NCBI RefSeq assembly: GCF_009914755.1
Contig: NC_060935.1
Source of the DNA: the human T2T-CHM13v2.0 reference genome, Homo sapiens
Direction: 5' to 3' (one strand)
DNA: 64,000 nucleotides
The number at the start of each line of letters is the position of its first letter. The first letter of the stretch is position 1. The position numbers were made by a program, and so were the translations under genes. The notes under the pieces were generated by a model. That model saw only the letters and a list, made by a program, of their open reading frames with translations. It was not told the origin of the DNA and did no database searches. Shown in pieces: positions 19,791-39,998 of this stretch.

Positions 19791-19896
19791 TCCACTTCCC
19801 AGGACTGGTGGAGCTGGTCACCATGGCTGTGATGGCGGGGAAGACGGACAGGGTGACTGTGAAGACCAACACAAGGCACAGCGCTGTCAGCCAGAT
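19791..19896 (-). CDS. SLC29A2: ENT2 coding exon 9 (IWLTALCLVLVFTVTLSVFPAITAMVTSSTSPGKW)
   Basis: Acceptor cccag|; donor A|gtgagt; 106 nt. Confidence 0.96.
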
Positions 19897-20095
19897 CTGG
19901 GAGCCAGAGGCAGGGGTGTGAGCAGGCAGGGCAGTCCCAGGGCCCCACCCTCTTGCCCAAGCCCCATGTGGGAGCAGGACACTTGGGGCCTGGCCCAGCT
20001 GTGTCCCTGACCCACTGTGACCCTATGACCTTGGAGTCAATGTGAGCCCCATTCTTCCCCAAAGATGGTGGTTGGGGGCTGTATCCAAGCCAAAC

Positions 20096-20229
20096 CTTCT
20101 GGAAGACAGTGAAGACTGAAGGTTTTCCTGGCTTCTGGGGCTCATCTGGCTCTGATTCCGGCTCCTTCTCCAGGTCAAGATCCAGGGTCAGAGCTACTTT
20201 CTGGGGACTACTGGGAATCCCGTTCTCAT
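20096..20229 (-). CDS. SLC29A2: ENT2 coding exon 8 (D|ENGIPSSPQK...SVFTVFQK, cytoplasmic loop)
   Basis: Acceptor ccccag|; donor AAG|gtttgg (weak); 134 nt. Confidence 0.95.
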
Positions 20230-20332
20230 CTGGGGTGAGGGGGGACGGGGAAGGGTCATGCTTGTGACCCAGGTTTCCCGACAGCCAGGCCCAACGAAGG
20301 GAGATTCCCAGCAGTTAAAACAAGTGATCCTC

Positions 20333-20645
20333 AGCTCGGCATGGTGGCTCACGCCTGTAATCCCAACATTTTGGAAGGCCGAGGCGGGCATATTGCTTGA
20401 GCCCAGGAGTTCGAGACCAGCCTGGGCAACATGGTGAATCCCCATCTCTACAAAAATAAAAAAATTAGCCGGGCATGGCAGCCTGCACCTATAGTCCCAG
20501 CTACTCGGGAGACTGAGGTGGCTCACTTGAGCCCAGGAGGTCGAGGCTGCAGTTGAGTTGTGATAGCACTGCAGTGCAGCCTAGGTGACAGAGTGAGATC
20601 CTGACTCAAAATAACAACAACCCCCTCACCCCAAAACAAAAAAAG
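20333..20645 (+). mobile_element. Alu (AluJ-like) in SLC29A2 intron 7, antisense to the transcript
   Basis: gctcggcatggtggctcacgcctgtaatccc...gcctaggtgacagagtgagatcctg plus an A-rich tail. Confidence 0.88.
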
Positions 20646-21128
20646 GTGATCTTCCTCCAGCCTAAGCTGAGGCTGCAGGCGAAGGGAATTCATGATGGAA
20701 ATATGCATAGCTACCAGGAAGCGCGTGCATGGGTCGGGTGATGAGCGAAGCACCTTAGATGGATTATCTCATTACCATTGCTTTACAAATGACACATTGA
20801 GGTTCAGAGGGGTGCAGTGGCTAAGTGGTTTGTCTCAGGCCACACAGCTGGGATGTTGTGAAACTAGTATTCCAATTCAGAGGTCTTCGGATCCAAAGTT
20901 TGCATGCATGGAACCTCTGTCGCCTCCCCATTTTATAGAGGTGGAAACTGAGGCCCAAACAACAGCAGGGATGACTTTAATCCTACCAACTTCCCTTCAT
21001 GATCTTCCTGTTTGCACAAGGCTACTAGGGGTGGGCTCTGGCTGGGAACAGATGGAACAGCTTCCCAGGGGAGGTGGCTCTAGCTTCCTCTGCATCTCCC
21101 ACCTCCCCAGGAGGGTCTCAGGGCTTAC

Positions 21129-21213
21129 CAGACTGGAGGAGCTCAGCTTTGGTCTCCAGCTCCTGAGCTTGGGCCTGGGATGATTTATTGGCCAGGTAGT
21201 AGCGGGCAAACTT
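21129..21213 (-). CDS. SLC29A2: ENT2 coding exon 7 (KFARYYLANKSSQAQAQELETKAELLQS)
   Basis: Acceptor ctgcag|; donor G|gtaagc; 85 nt. Confidence 0.96.
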
Positions 21214-21436
21214 CTGCAGAAGGACAGGAAAGTGTTGGGCCTGCCTGGCTTGCCTGAGGTGTCTGGATCCCTCCCCATACCATTGGCCTGGAGGCTGGGG
21301 CCCCTCAGTGTCTTCTCTGGGGGTCAGGGCTGAGACCAGGTCTCCTCCACCTCCCCTGGCCTCTCTCAGGGCTTCAGGCTCAGGACTCTATCCAAGATGC
21401 TTTGAGGTGGGGCCTCGAGCCCAACAGCAGGCTCAC

Positions 21437-21534
21437 CAGGTGAGGCAGGCTCAGGTAACACACGATGGACATGAGGATGCCCACACAGGGCGTGATAAAG
21501 TACCCCAGGGCAGAGGTCTCGGCGTCCACGCCAC
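21437..21534 (-). CDS. SLC29A2: ENT2 coding exon 6 (S|GVDAETSALGYFITPCVGILMSIVCYLSLPHL)
   Basis: Acceptor cgcag|; donor CTG|gtgagc; 98 nt. Confidence 0.96.
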
Positions 21535-22201
21535 CTGCGGAGGAACTTCAGCTGCAGAAGAGAGGCACCTGGTCCCGCCGGCTCCCACGGGGCTTCCAAC
21601 TCTTGTCCCACTTCCCATTGTGTACTTCTCAGACCCACTCCCAGCCTCTTCCGCTCCTCCCTTCACTGACAAATGGGAATCTTGTACAGGGCCCCAGAGC
21701 AGCCCTGCACTTCTCTCACTTTCCCCATGTGTCATTTTTGTTGAGCACGTACTATGTGCCAGTAGCCTTCTCTCATTGCATGCTCATTACAATCTGAGCA
21801 GGGAGCTGTACCAATCACGTCGGTGGGGAAGCTAGCACAGAGAGGTGACAAGCCTTGTCCAACACCCCTAGCTGGTAAGCGGTGAAGCAGATTCAAACCC
21901 AAGACTATCTGAATCCCAAACCCATCCCCTTATCCTTCAACTTCAACCTGCTGCCACATGCCAGTATTAGCCCCAGGAATCCTGCCCCTGTCCCTGAGTT
22001 AACCCAGTCCTCACTTGGTTATTACTCCTCACTGCAGGGCCCATGAGCCCCACTCCCTAGCCCCAGACCCAATCCCCATTTCCATATCACCCGCTTACCT
22101 CCATCTTCACCCAGAACCCATGTGTCTTGCTCTCACATGCCCTCTCTCTTCCCCAAACCTCAGAGGCCACCCCAGCCCTCCAGCCACCCAAGTGCACTCA
22201 C

Positions 22202-22336
22202 TGGCCATGGACAGGAGCATGGCAAGGGCAGCAAAGATCCCAGCCAGGCCCTGGCCGCTGAGGAAGAGGGTGCTGTAGGTGGAGGGCATGGTGCCCAGCT
22301 GCCCGAAGAGGCTGCCCTGTAGGACTGCACTGAAGG
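22202..22336 (-). CDS. SLC29A2: ENT2 coding exon 5 (S|FSAVLQGSLFGQLG...LLSMA)
   Basis: Acceptor ccacag|; donor A|gtgagt; 135 nt; ENT motif SGQGLAG. Confidence 0.96.
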
Positions 22337-22724
22337 CTGTGGAGGACAGGGATGGGGGCTGCTGCTCAACTAGGCAAGACTCAGAGGCTCCCTGGAGGAG
22401 GTGCCGGCAGGATACACAGGGGACTCTGGACAAGGTTGCGCAGGTGTGAGCTTCCCTAGGGACTCTGAGCACTCGGGGGCAACACCCGCTATTCAGTCCT
22501 CTTCTGAGGTGCAGCCATTGGTCTGTGGGGCTGTTGACCAGGAGGCCTGCTCCTAGGTCACCGGACAAGTGACTCTTCCCCTCCCTGTGGGCCTCAGTTT
22601 CTTCACCAGGGATATGAGCGACCATGATGCTGTCTGCCCTTCTCGGATATGCTGGGCCCTTTCAATGATGAGGCCAGGCTGAAGCCCTGCATAGGCTGGC
22701 TGGAGAGGGGGTGGAGGTGCTCAC

Positions 22725-22864
22725 AGTTGATGAAGCAGACGGAGGCCATGGTGATGGAGAAGAAGGGTCCGGGGCTCATGTCCACCTTGACCAGCGCTGC
22801 TGTCAGGGCAAAGAGCAGCAGTATGGCCAGCAGGCTGCCCAGAATGCGCACCGTCTCCGGGACG
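22725..22864 (-). CDS. SLC29A2: ENT2 coding exon 4 (C|VPETVRILGSLL...ITMASVCFIN)
   Basis: Acceptor gagcag|; donor T|gtgagc; 140 nt. Confidence 0.96.
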
Positions 22865-23033
22865 CTGCTCAGAAGCAGGCAGAGTGCATCAGTGGGGCCC
22901 AGGCCAGAGGGGGCTGGGGAAGGAGGCTCGACACCTGGGGCTGGGCAGTAGGGCTGGGGGGCAGGGGGCGCAGGGGAGGGCCTCAATGAAGCTGCCTCGG
23001 CAGAGGGCGCAGGAGCCAGGGCAGGCCTCTCAC

Positions 23034-23197
23034 CACTGGTACAGGAAGGAGTTGAGGAGGGTGAAGAGCAGCAGGGGCAGCTGGGACAGCAGCGTCACCC
23101 AATTGTTGAAGTTGAAGGCATCCTCGGGACCCGTGTGGTTGGTGCTCAGGATCCTGGCTGTGCTGTTGCCGGCCCCGGCCAGTCGCGCCTGGAAGTA
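23034..23197 (-). CDS. SLC29A2: ENT2 coding exon 3 (YFQARLAGAGNSTARILSTNHTG...NSFLYQ), with N-glycosylation sequons NST and NHT
   Basis: Acceptor ggcag|; donor TG|gtgaga; 164 nt. Confidence 0.96.
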
Positions 23198-24240
23198 CTG
23201 CCAGGTGGGGAGGTGGTGGAGGGTCAGCACCTCTCAGCCTTCCCCCGCTGCCTTCCCCCTCACTTGTGATTGCTTTCTAATGTCTGTGGGGACTTGTCTG
23301 CCTTGTCCTTGTTCTGTTCCCAGCAGCCGGCACACAGTCGGAGCTCCATGAATGTGTGCTGAGTTAAATGGCTGAAGTCTGGGACACAGCCTAAGCATTA
23401 AGAGCCCCCAGCAAGAGCCTCGATCCAGCCTTGGACGGCCCCTCCTCTTCAGTGCCCTGGTTCCAGCCCCCATCCCCACTCCTGCAGCAGCTGCTACATT
23501 CATTCATTCCACGGGTATTTATTGAGCGCCTACTGTCAGCCAGGCTTTGGCCTAGGTGCTGAACAACTGCATTCTCTCTAGAGCACATAGCCTGCCACTC
23601 CTCTGCTTAACCTCCTCACTCCTCAACACCCCGATTCATGCCTCCCTATTGCCTGCAGGGCAAAGCCCCAAATGGAACAGCTCTTCAGAATCAGATCCTA
23701 GTCTCCCTTTGTGCCCCATCTTCTGCTCCATCCTGCTAAGCTCCAGGCAGCCCTGGCTGTGGATCTCCCTCTAAACAGGCTGATCGTCTCTTGCCTGCCT
23801 GCCTTTGGCATGGCTGTCGCCTCGGCCTGGAATGCCCTACTGACCACACCCCTCCACATGCACTTTGCCTACCCTACTCCCAATTTACAAATCTCCTCTT
23901 CCATGAAGCAGAAGGAACTTTCTCCCTCCCCTGGGGACCCACTGCACTCTGCTGCAAGCCTGGAATGTCACGCATCATGTTACATTATTAATAGCTCTTT
24001 GGCCCCCTCTTGCTCTCAAGCCCAGGGGCTGATTCATCTCTGGGTTTCCAGGGCCCAGCACAGAGCCAGTACCCAAGAAGCATTTGCAAAGTTGTTGCAG
24101 TGAATACAGATGAATAACCCGGTCCCAAAGACAATGCAAACCCCACATTTCTGCCTTCCCTGAAGAGCCTCCCTGCTGTTTCCTCCTGTGTCCCCAGTGC
24201 CTGCTCCACAGTAGATGCACATTAAAAGTTTGTTGAATGA

Positions 24241-24595
<355 letters not shown>

Positions 24596-24907
24596 TCAAA
24601 CGTTCGATAACCGACTTTTGGGGTGACTGACTCAGGAATAACGACACACAGAGAGGGGTGGCAGCGCCTTTGCTCATTCCAGACCCTGTGGGCTGGTGGC
24701 CTTGCCCCTCTGAGATGTGGGCATTGCTGAAGTTCTACTTTCCTAGCCACGGGGGAAGCATTCCCCTCTCCGAGCTTCAGCCCATAATGAGCTCAACGAG
24801 GGGTCACAGGTGCGCGGTGAGGAAGCGCCCGCTAAGCTTCATCCAAAGGGCTGGAGGGAGGGGTGCTGGCTGTGGCCACGAGGCTGCCACGCCGCCAGGA
24901 GTCTCAC

Positions 24908-24989
24908 CGGGATGGCGGTGATGAAGAAGTTCCAGGGAAGGAGGGTGCCCAGCCCCAGGATGAAGAAGCTGATCCCGACCAGGTGGTAG
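24908..24989 (-). CDS. SLC29A2: ENT2 coding exon 2 (S|YHLVGISFFILGLGTLLPWNFFITAIP)
   Basis: Acceptor ccacag|; donor CCG|gtgaga; 82 nt; ENT-family LLPWNFFITA motif. Confidence 0.97.
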
Positions 24990-25075
24990 CTGTGGGGATC
25001 GGTGGGAAGGTCACCCCGAGGACGCACCCGCCTCCGCAGGCCCTCCCGCCTCCCAGGCCACCCCCTCCGGAGCGG

Positions 25076-25136
25076 ACTACAACCCCCATCACCCCGGTTC
25101 CGGCGGCCGAGGGAGTCGGCTGATGGGAATTGTAGT
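25076..25136. promoter_or_regulatory. Inverted pair of ZNF143/THAP11-type (ACTACAnnTCCCA) motifs in SLC29A2 intron 1
   Basis: ACTACAACCCCCATCA on + (25076-25091) and ACTACAATTCCCATCA on - (25136-25121). Confidence 0.7.
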
Positions 25137-25226
25137 TCGATCCGGTCTTCTCTGAGCCTCGGAGCGCCTTCAGGGAGCGGGTCTGCAACGCCCCCGGCCA
25201 CTTGCAACGCACCCGGGCCCACTCAC

Positions 25227-25255
25227 CTGTCCCGCGGGGCGTCTCCTCGCGCCAT
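25227..25255 (-). CDS. SLC29A2: Equilibrative nucleoside transporter 2 (ENT2), coding exon 1 (MARGDAPRD)
   Basis: Kozak gcggccATGG at 25255; donor AG|gtgagt; 29 nt. Confidence 0.96.
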
Positions 25256-27249
25256 GGCCGCCGCGGCGGATGCGCCTGGGGTGAAAGGGGCAGAGAAGCC
25301 GCACCTGCACCTGCGCTGGGGCGGAGGGCCGCAGACCGGTGGGGCGGGGGGCGGGTCTCCCCAGATTCCGGTGCAGGGCGGCTGGAGTCGCACAGGTAGC
25401 CTCGGGCGGATTTCGGCGTGTCTCGCGCTCCGCAGGCTGGGACCTGGGCTCCGCCCCGAGGCGGGGACAGAGGGTCGCGCCACCCGTCTCTCCTTCCCCC
25501 ACCCGCCTCAGGGACTCGACTCTGGCTCGGGCCCCGCCCCACCTAGGGGCCTGCGGAACCCGCCCGCTCCCCGCACAGCCCCTCCCCGCAGCCCCCCGTC
25601 CTCTCCGCGGGGGCGGGTCCCGGATCCCTGCGGCGGAGGGGAAGGCGGGGGTAGGGACGAGGTGTAACCTCACCTCCACCCCCCGCCGAGAGCTCTGTAG
25701 GGGCAGCACTGGTGCGGGGCTCTTCCCGCTTCGTCAGCTCCGAGGTGATGCCAGAGCCGCTCCTGCGACCCCTAAAGCTGGAACCCACCGGGGCGCCCCC
25801 TAACTAGGGAGCCGCTGCGGAGTCCCCGCCCAGAGCGTAACCCGAGCCGGGCCCGGGCGGGGGAACCAGAGCTGCCACAGGTCGCCCGCGATCCTGGCGG
25901 GCTTCGCCGCGCTGGGTCCCCGGGAGTGCCTGGAAAAAAACAGCATTACTTTCAACTCCCTACTCTTTTTCTGTTAAAAAAAAAAATTTGAAAAGACTAT
26001 AAATCATTAATTTGCTCCTACTCTCATAATCTACGAATAGGTGTGGATTCTCTGCAATCCCCGGGCGTATCGGGGACGCTGGAGAAGTGAGAGGCTCCAA
26101 AACACAAACTAGTTTTTTTGAGACTGAGTGTCGCTCTGTCGCCCAGGCGGAAGTGCAGTGGCGTGATCTTGGCTCACTGCAACCTCCCCCTCCCAGGCAG
26201 GTTCAAGCGATTCTGGTGCCTCAGCCTCAGGAGTAGCTGGGACTACAGGCGCATGCCACCACGTCCGGTTAATTTTTGTATTTTTAGTAGAAACGGGGCT
26301 TCACCAGCTCTACTGAAGAGGTGGCCAGTCTAGTCTCGAACTCATCTTTTGACCAGGCTGGTCTCGAACTCTTGACCTCAGGTGATCCGCCCGCATCGGC
26401 CTCCCAAAATGTTGCTATTACAGGCGTGAGCCACCACGCCCGGCCACAAACTATTTTCTTAAGCAATGACATTTTATAGCCATTCCCAGGTTGCTTATGT
26501 TTTTCCTCCAGCCGACTGAGAGTCTGTAGGGGCAGAGGCTGTGCTTATCTGGTCCATTGGTTTACTGGCAGCATCTAGCGCCGTTGAGTAATAAATGGGT
26601 GGTTGCAGTAAAATGCAGGTGATTTTAGGGAGAACAGAGACAGCATTAAATTACACCGAAAGAGAAAGTTATTCTTCCCATTTTCTTTCAAGCCTCTGAA
26701 TATGTCAAGGGTGTTAACAGGTTGCTAACACTTCTTAATCTGCCTTCCCATCCCTTCCCCTCAGTTAGCCTCAGAGGGTCTGCTGACAATTTTATCAAAA
26801 GTTATTAACTTGTATTTTTCTTATATTTATTTTTATAGCAACTTTATTTTCAGGGCTACTCATACTGGTTTCCTATTTATGATTATGATATCAACTTTTC
26901 TTTGAAAAATCAATTTATTTATGGAAAATGAGTTATTTAAAGAAAAGCGAGGCCGCTGGTGCAGCACAGCTATGGCACAGGTTGTGAAGGAAGGACTTGA
27001 GAATGGAGGCTAGGGAGCACTGAATTTGTTGAGACAGTGAAGGGAGAGGATGAGGGCATTTCAGGGAGAGAACAGCCTGTCCCAAGACAAGGGACAAGAG
27101 AGTGCTGACACATTCTGGGACATACAAATAGATCCCTTTGGCTGGCATTGGTGGGAGGAGGGGACAGAGCCTCTACAACAGCCAGGCTGGTTATGGCAAG
27201 TCTGAGGGCTGATTAAGGAGTTCAGATTTCATTTCAAAGCACAGACGGT

Positions 27250-28980
<1,731 letters not shown>

Positions 28981-29037
28981 ATCTAATGTTAAACCTGTGT
29001 ACTGAATTTCATTCAACATTGATGATGATGATGATGA

Positions 29038-33900
<4,863 letters not shown>

Positions 33901-34166
33901 TTGCTTTCTAACCCACAAAATGTCTATTTCCCATGATTCAACCTAATAACAACGTGGGAAAACATTCATTGATTTGTAGTATTTTGTGAACATTCTTGAT
34001 GGCCAAGTATTGTCGATGAACAATGCAGTAACTTGCTGAGTGGGCGGGTCACGAGGTGAGGAGATCAAGACAATCCTGGCCAACATGGTGATACCCCGTC
34101 TCTACTAAAAATACAAAAGTTAGCCAGGCGTGGCAGCACATACGTGCCTGTAATCCCAGCTACTCA

Positions 34167-34373
<207 letters not shown>

Positions 34374-34654
34374 TCACACCAACTCTTAACTCTGAACATT
34401 GGTAATTTAAGAGGAAACTATTCAGCATGTATGGGAAGTAATTAGGGTTGAAATATCATGATACTTGGTTTTTACTTTATATATTATATGTACTTTATAT
34501 GTAATTATGTATTATTATGTTTTTTCATATAGATGGAAAAATGTTGCAAAATATCAACAATTGCCACCTAGGTTGTGGGTTTACGAGTGTTCATTGTGCT
34601 ATTCTATCTTTCTGTGGATTCAAAGCTTTCTATGAAAAAAAGTTTAAAAAGTAA

Positions 34655-34927
<273 letters not shown>

Positions 34928-35032
34928 TAGCCAGGATGGTCTCAATTTCCTGACCTCGTGATCCACCTGCCTTGGCCTCCCAAAGTGCTGGAAAGAAAGA
35001 TGTTTTTATATGTTCCCTAGCATTTTTTTTGA

Positions 35033-35191
<159 letters not shown>

Positions 35192-35378
35192 TAGTAGAGA
35201 CGGGGTTTCTCCATGTTGGTCAGGCTGGTCTCAAACTCCCGACCTCAGGTGATCTGCCCACCTCGGCCTCCCAAAGTACTGGGATTACAGGCGTGAGCCA
35301 CCGTGCCTGGCCTTCTCCGGCATTTTAGTTGCACTATACCGGGAGCAGTTTCTCTGAATCATATTGCCTGACTCCTTA

Positions 35379-35564
<186 letters not shown>

Positions 35565-35645
35565 TTAAAAAAAAGAAAAAATGGCCGGGCGCGGTGGCTC
35601 ATGCCTGTAATCCCAGCACTTTGGGAGGTCGAGGCGGGCGGATCA

Positions 35646-36023
<378 letters not shown>

Positions 36024-36430
36024 TCAAAAAAAAAAAAAAAAAAAGTAGTCCCCTATCGATGGACATTTACGTTAGATTGTTTCCAATCTAGAAAAAAGTA
36101 CAAAAAGAAAAAAAAGCATAAAATAAACAAGAAACAAAAACAAACACAAAAATAAAATAGATGATTTCCATTCATCTGTTATTATAAATAATGGTGCAAT
36201 GAATAACATTTGGGAGTTTATCTGTAGGTGAAATTCCTAGAAGTGGAAATGCTTTCGAGGATATATACAGCTAAATTTTTTTTACACCTGTAATTTTAAT
36301 AGATGCTGCTAAATTGCTCTCCACAGAGATTGCACCAGTTCACAGTTCCACCAGCTATATATGTTGGTGCCTGTTATCCAGCCAGCAGGATGTTGTTAAA
36401 TGTTTTGTTCTTTTTTTTTTTTTTTTTTGA

Positions 36431-36559
<129 letters not shown>

Positions 36560-36917
36560 TAGCTGGAATTACAGGCATGCGCCACCACGCCTGGCTAATT
36601 TTTTTTTTTTTGTATTTTTCGTAGAGACGGGGTTTCTCAATGTTGGTCAGGCTGGTCTTGAACTCCCAACCTCAGGTAATCCGCCCACCTCAGCCTCTCA
36701 AAGTGCTGAGATTATAGGTGTCAGCCACTGCACCTAGCACTTTTTTTTTTTTTTTTTTTTTTTTTTTTGAGACAGAGTTTCATTCTTGTTGCCCAGGCTG
36801 GAATGCAATGGGCGATCTTGGCTCACTGAAACTTCTGCCTCCTGGGTTCAAGCGATTCTCCTGCCTCAGCCTCTCGAGTAGCTGGGATTACAGCAGCGCG
36901 CCACCACGCCTGGCTAA

Positions 36918-37115
<198 letters not shown>

Positions 37116-37315
37116 TAACCTTTTGCTGTGGGTTAGCAACTTTTAATAGTTAAATCATATAAAGTTGTCAGTTTTATAAGTCAAAAGTCAATATTGGCAA
37201 CTTTATATATGGTTCAAGCTAATCTATTTAAAAGCCTCTTTTTCTGAGAACTGTTTCTGTTATTTGTCCATTTTTCTACTGGGTTGTTGCTCTTTTTGTT
37301 GCTTCTTAATAGTGA

Positions 37316-37537
<222 letters not shown>

Positions 37538-37720
37538 TAGCCAGGATGGCATCGATCTCCTGACCTCATGATCCACCCACCTTGGCCTCCCAAAGTGCTG
37601 GGATTACAGGCATGAGCCACCGCACCCGGCCGGCAAGAGGTGGCCTCCCAAAGTACTGGGATTACAGGCGTGAGCCAACCGCACCCGGCCGGCAAGAGGT
37701 CTTTATTTTGGGAAAATTAA

Positions 37721-37989
<269 letters not shown>

Positions 37990-38263
37990 TAGAGACAGGG
38001 TTTCACCATGTTGCCTGGGCTGTTCTCAAACTCCTGAGCTCAAGCAATCCGCCCGCCTTGGCCTCTCAAAGTGCTGGGATTACAGGCATAAGCCACTGCA
38101 CCTGGCCTATGCAGATATTCTTGATGTCGACTTTGGTCACCTGGTTAAGTCACGTTTGCCAAGTTTATCTAGTATAAAGTTACTATTTGTCAGCCGGGCA
38201 CGGTGGCTCACGCCTGTAATCCTAGCTTGGGAGGGAGACAGAGGCGGGCGGATCATGAGGTCA

Positions 38264-38500
<237 letters not shown>

Positions 38501-39294
38501 CTATTCTTTGGAGGCTAGTTGCTAAGTCCAGCCTACAGTTACAGGAGGATGGTACTAAGCTCTACCTCTTGGATTAAGGAGTATCTCTATATATTACATA
38601 TTATTTGAAATTCTTCTGTAAGGATGATTTGTCTCTTCTCCCCTATTTGCTTATTTATTCAATTATTTTATATCAGTATGATCAGTATAGACTCATGTGG
38701 ATATATTTCATACTTTGACTTATAATTCAATACCATGCTATTTACTTTGTTGCTCAGATTGTTCCAGCATTGGCTGCTGGAATTTCTTTCAAGTTGGCTT
38801 CCATGGCCCTGTGACATGTGACAGGCTTTTTTTTTTTTTTTTTTTGAGACAGAGTCTTGCTCTGTCGCCCAAGCTGGAGTGCAGTGGCACGATCTCGGCT
38901 CACTGCAAGCTCCGCCTCCCGGGTTCACACCATTCTCCTGCCTCGGCCTCCTGAGTAGCTGGGACTACTGGCGCCTGCCACAACGCCCGGCTAATTTTTT
39001 TTTTGTATTTTCAGTAGAGGCGAGGTTTCACCGTGTTAGCCAGGATGGTCTCGATCTCCTGACATGGCGATCTGCCCGCCTTGGCCTCCCAAAGTGCTGG
39101 GATTACAGGCATGAGCCACCGCGCCTGGCCTTTTTTTTTTTTTTAATAATCAGAATCTCATTCTGTTGCCAGGCTGGAGTGCAGGGGTGTGATTATACCT
39201 CATGGCAGCCTTGAACTCTTGGGCTCAAGCAATCCTCCCACCTCAGCCTCCTGAGAAACTGGGACTATAGGTATGTATCACCATGTCCAGCTAA

Positions 39295-39715
<421 letters not shown>

Positions 39716-39979
39716 AAGCAGAGGGACAGGAACCAAGAACATCACACGATTTCACATCCTAGGGTCCTCCAGAGCTCAGATTATAGATGGATGGCCGGGA
39801 GGGGGTGTCTACCACTCTAATTTGTTAATCACCAGAGAATCGCTTGAACCCGGGAGACGGAGGTTGCACTGAGCTAAGATTGCGCCATTACACTCCAGCT
39901 TGGGCAACAGAGCGAGACTACATCTCAAAGAAAAACAAAAACAGCTTGGCTAAAAAGACCAGCTCGGCCTTGCCAGGAG

Positions 39980-39998
39980 TGTCCACAAGGGGGCAGTC
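39980..39998 (+). promoter_or_regulatory. CTCF-like motif
   Basis: tgtCCACAAGGGGGCAGtc closely matches the CTCF core CCASYAGRKGGCRS (one mismatch). Confidence 0.65.

Larger units (their letters stand above)
24800..25930. promoter_or_regulatory. SLC29A2 CpG-island promoter with GC boxes and G-runs
   Basis: High CpG/GC density and multiple GGGCGG boxes surrounding the first coding exons. Boundaries are approximate. Confidence 0.85.

Noticed and set aside
25290-25315. gtgcag/gtgcgg donor-like sites just upstream of the 25275 acceptor
   Set aside because: The implied intron would be only about 30-35 nt, too short for normal splicing.
24839-25803. Long overlapping ORFs (up to 221 aa) at the SLC29A2 5' end
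   Set aside because: Stop-poor GC-rich CpG island; the real coding exons are only 29 and 82 nt here.
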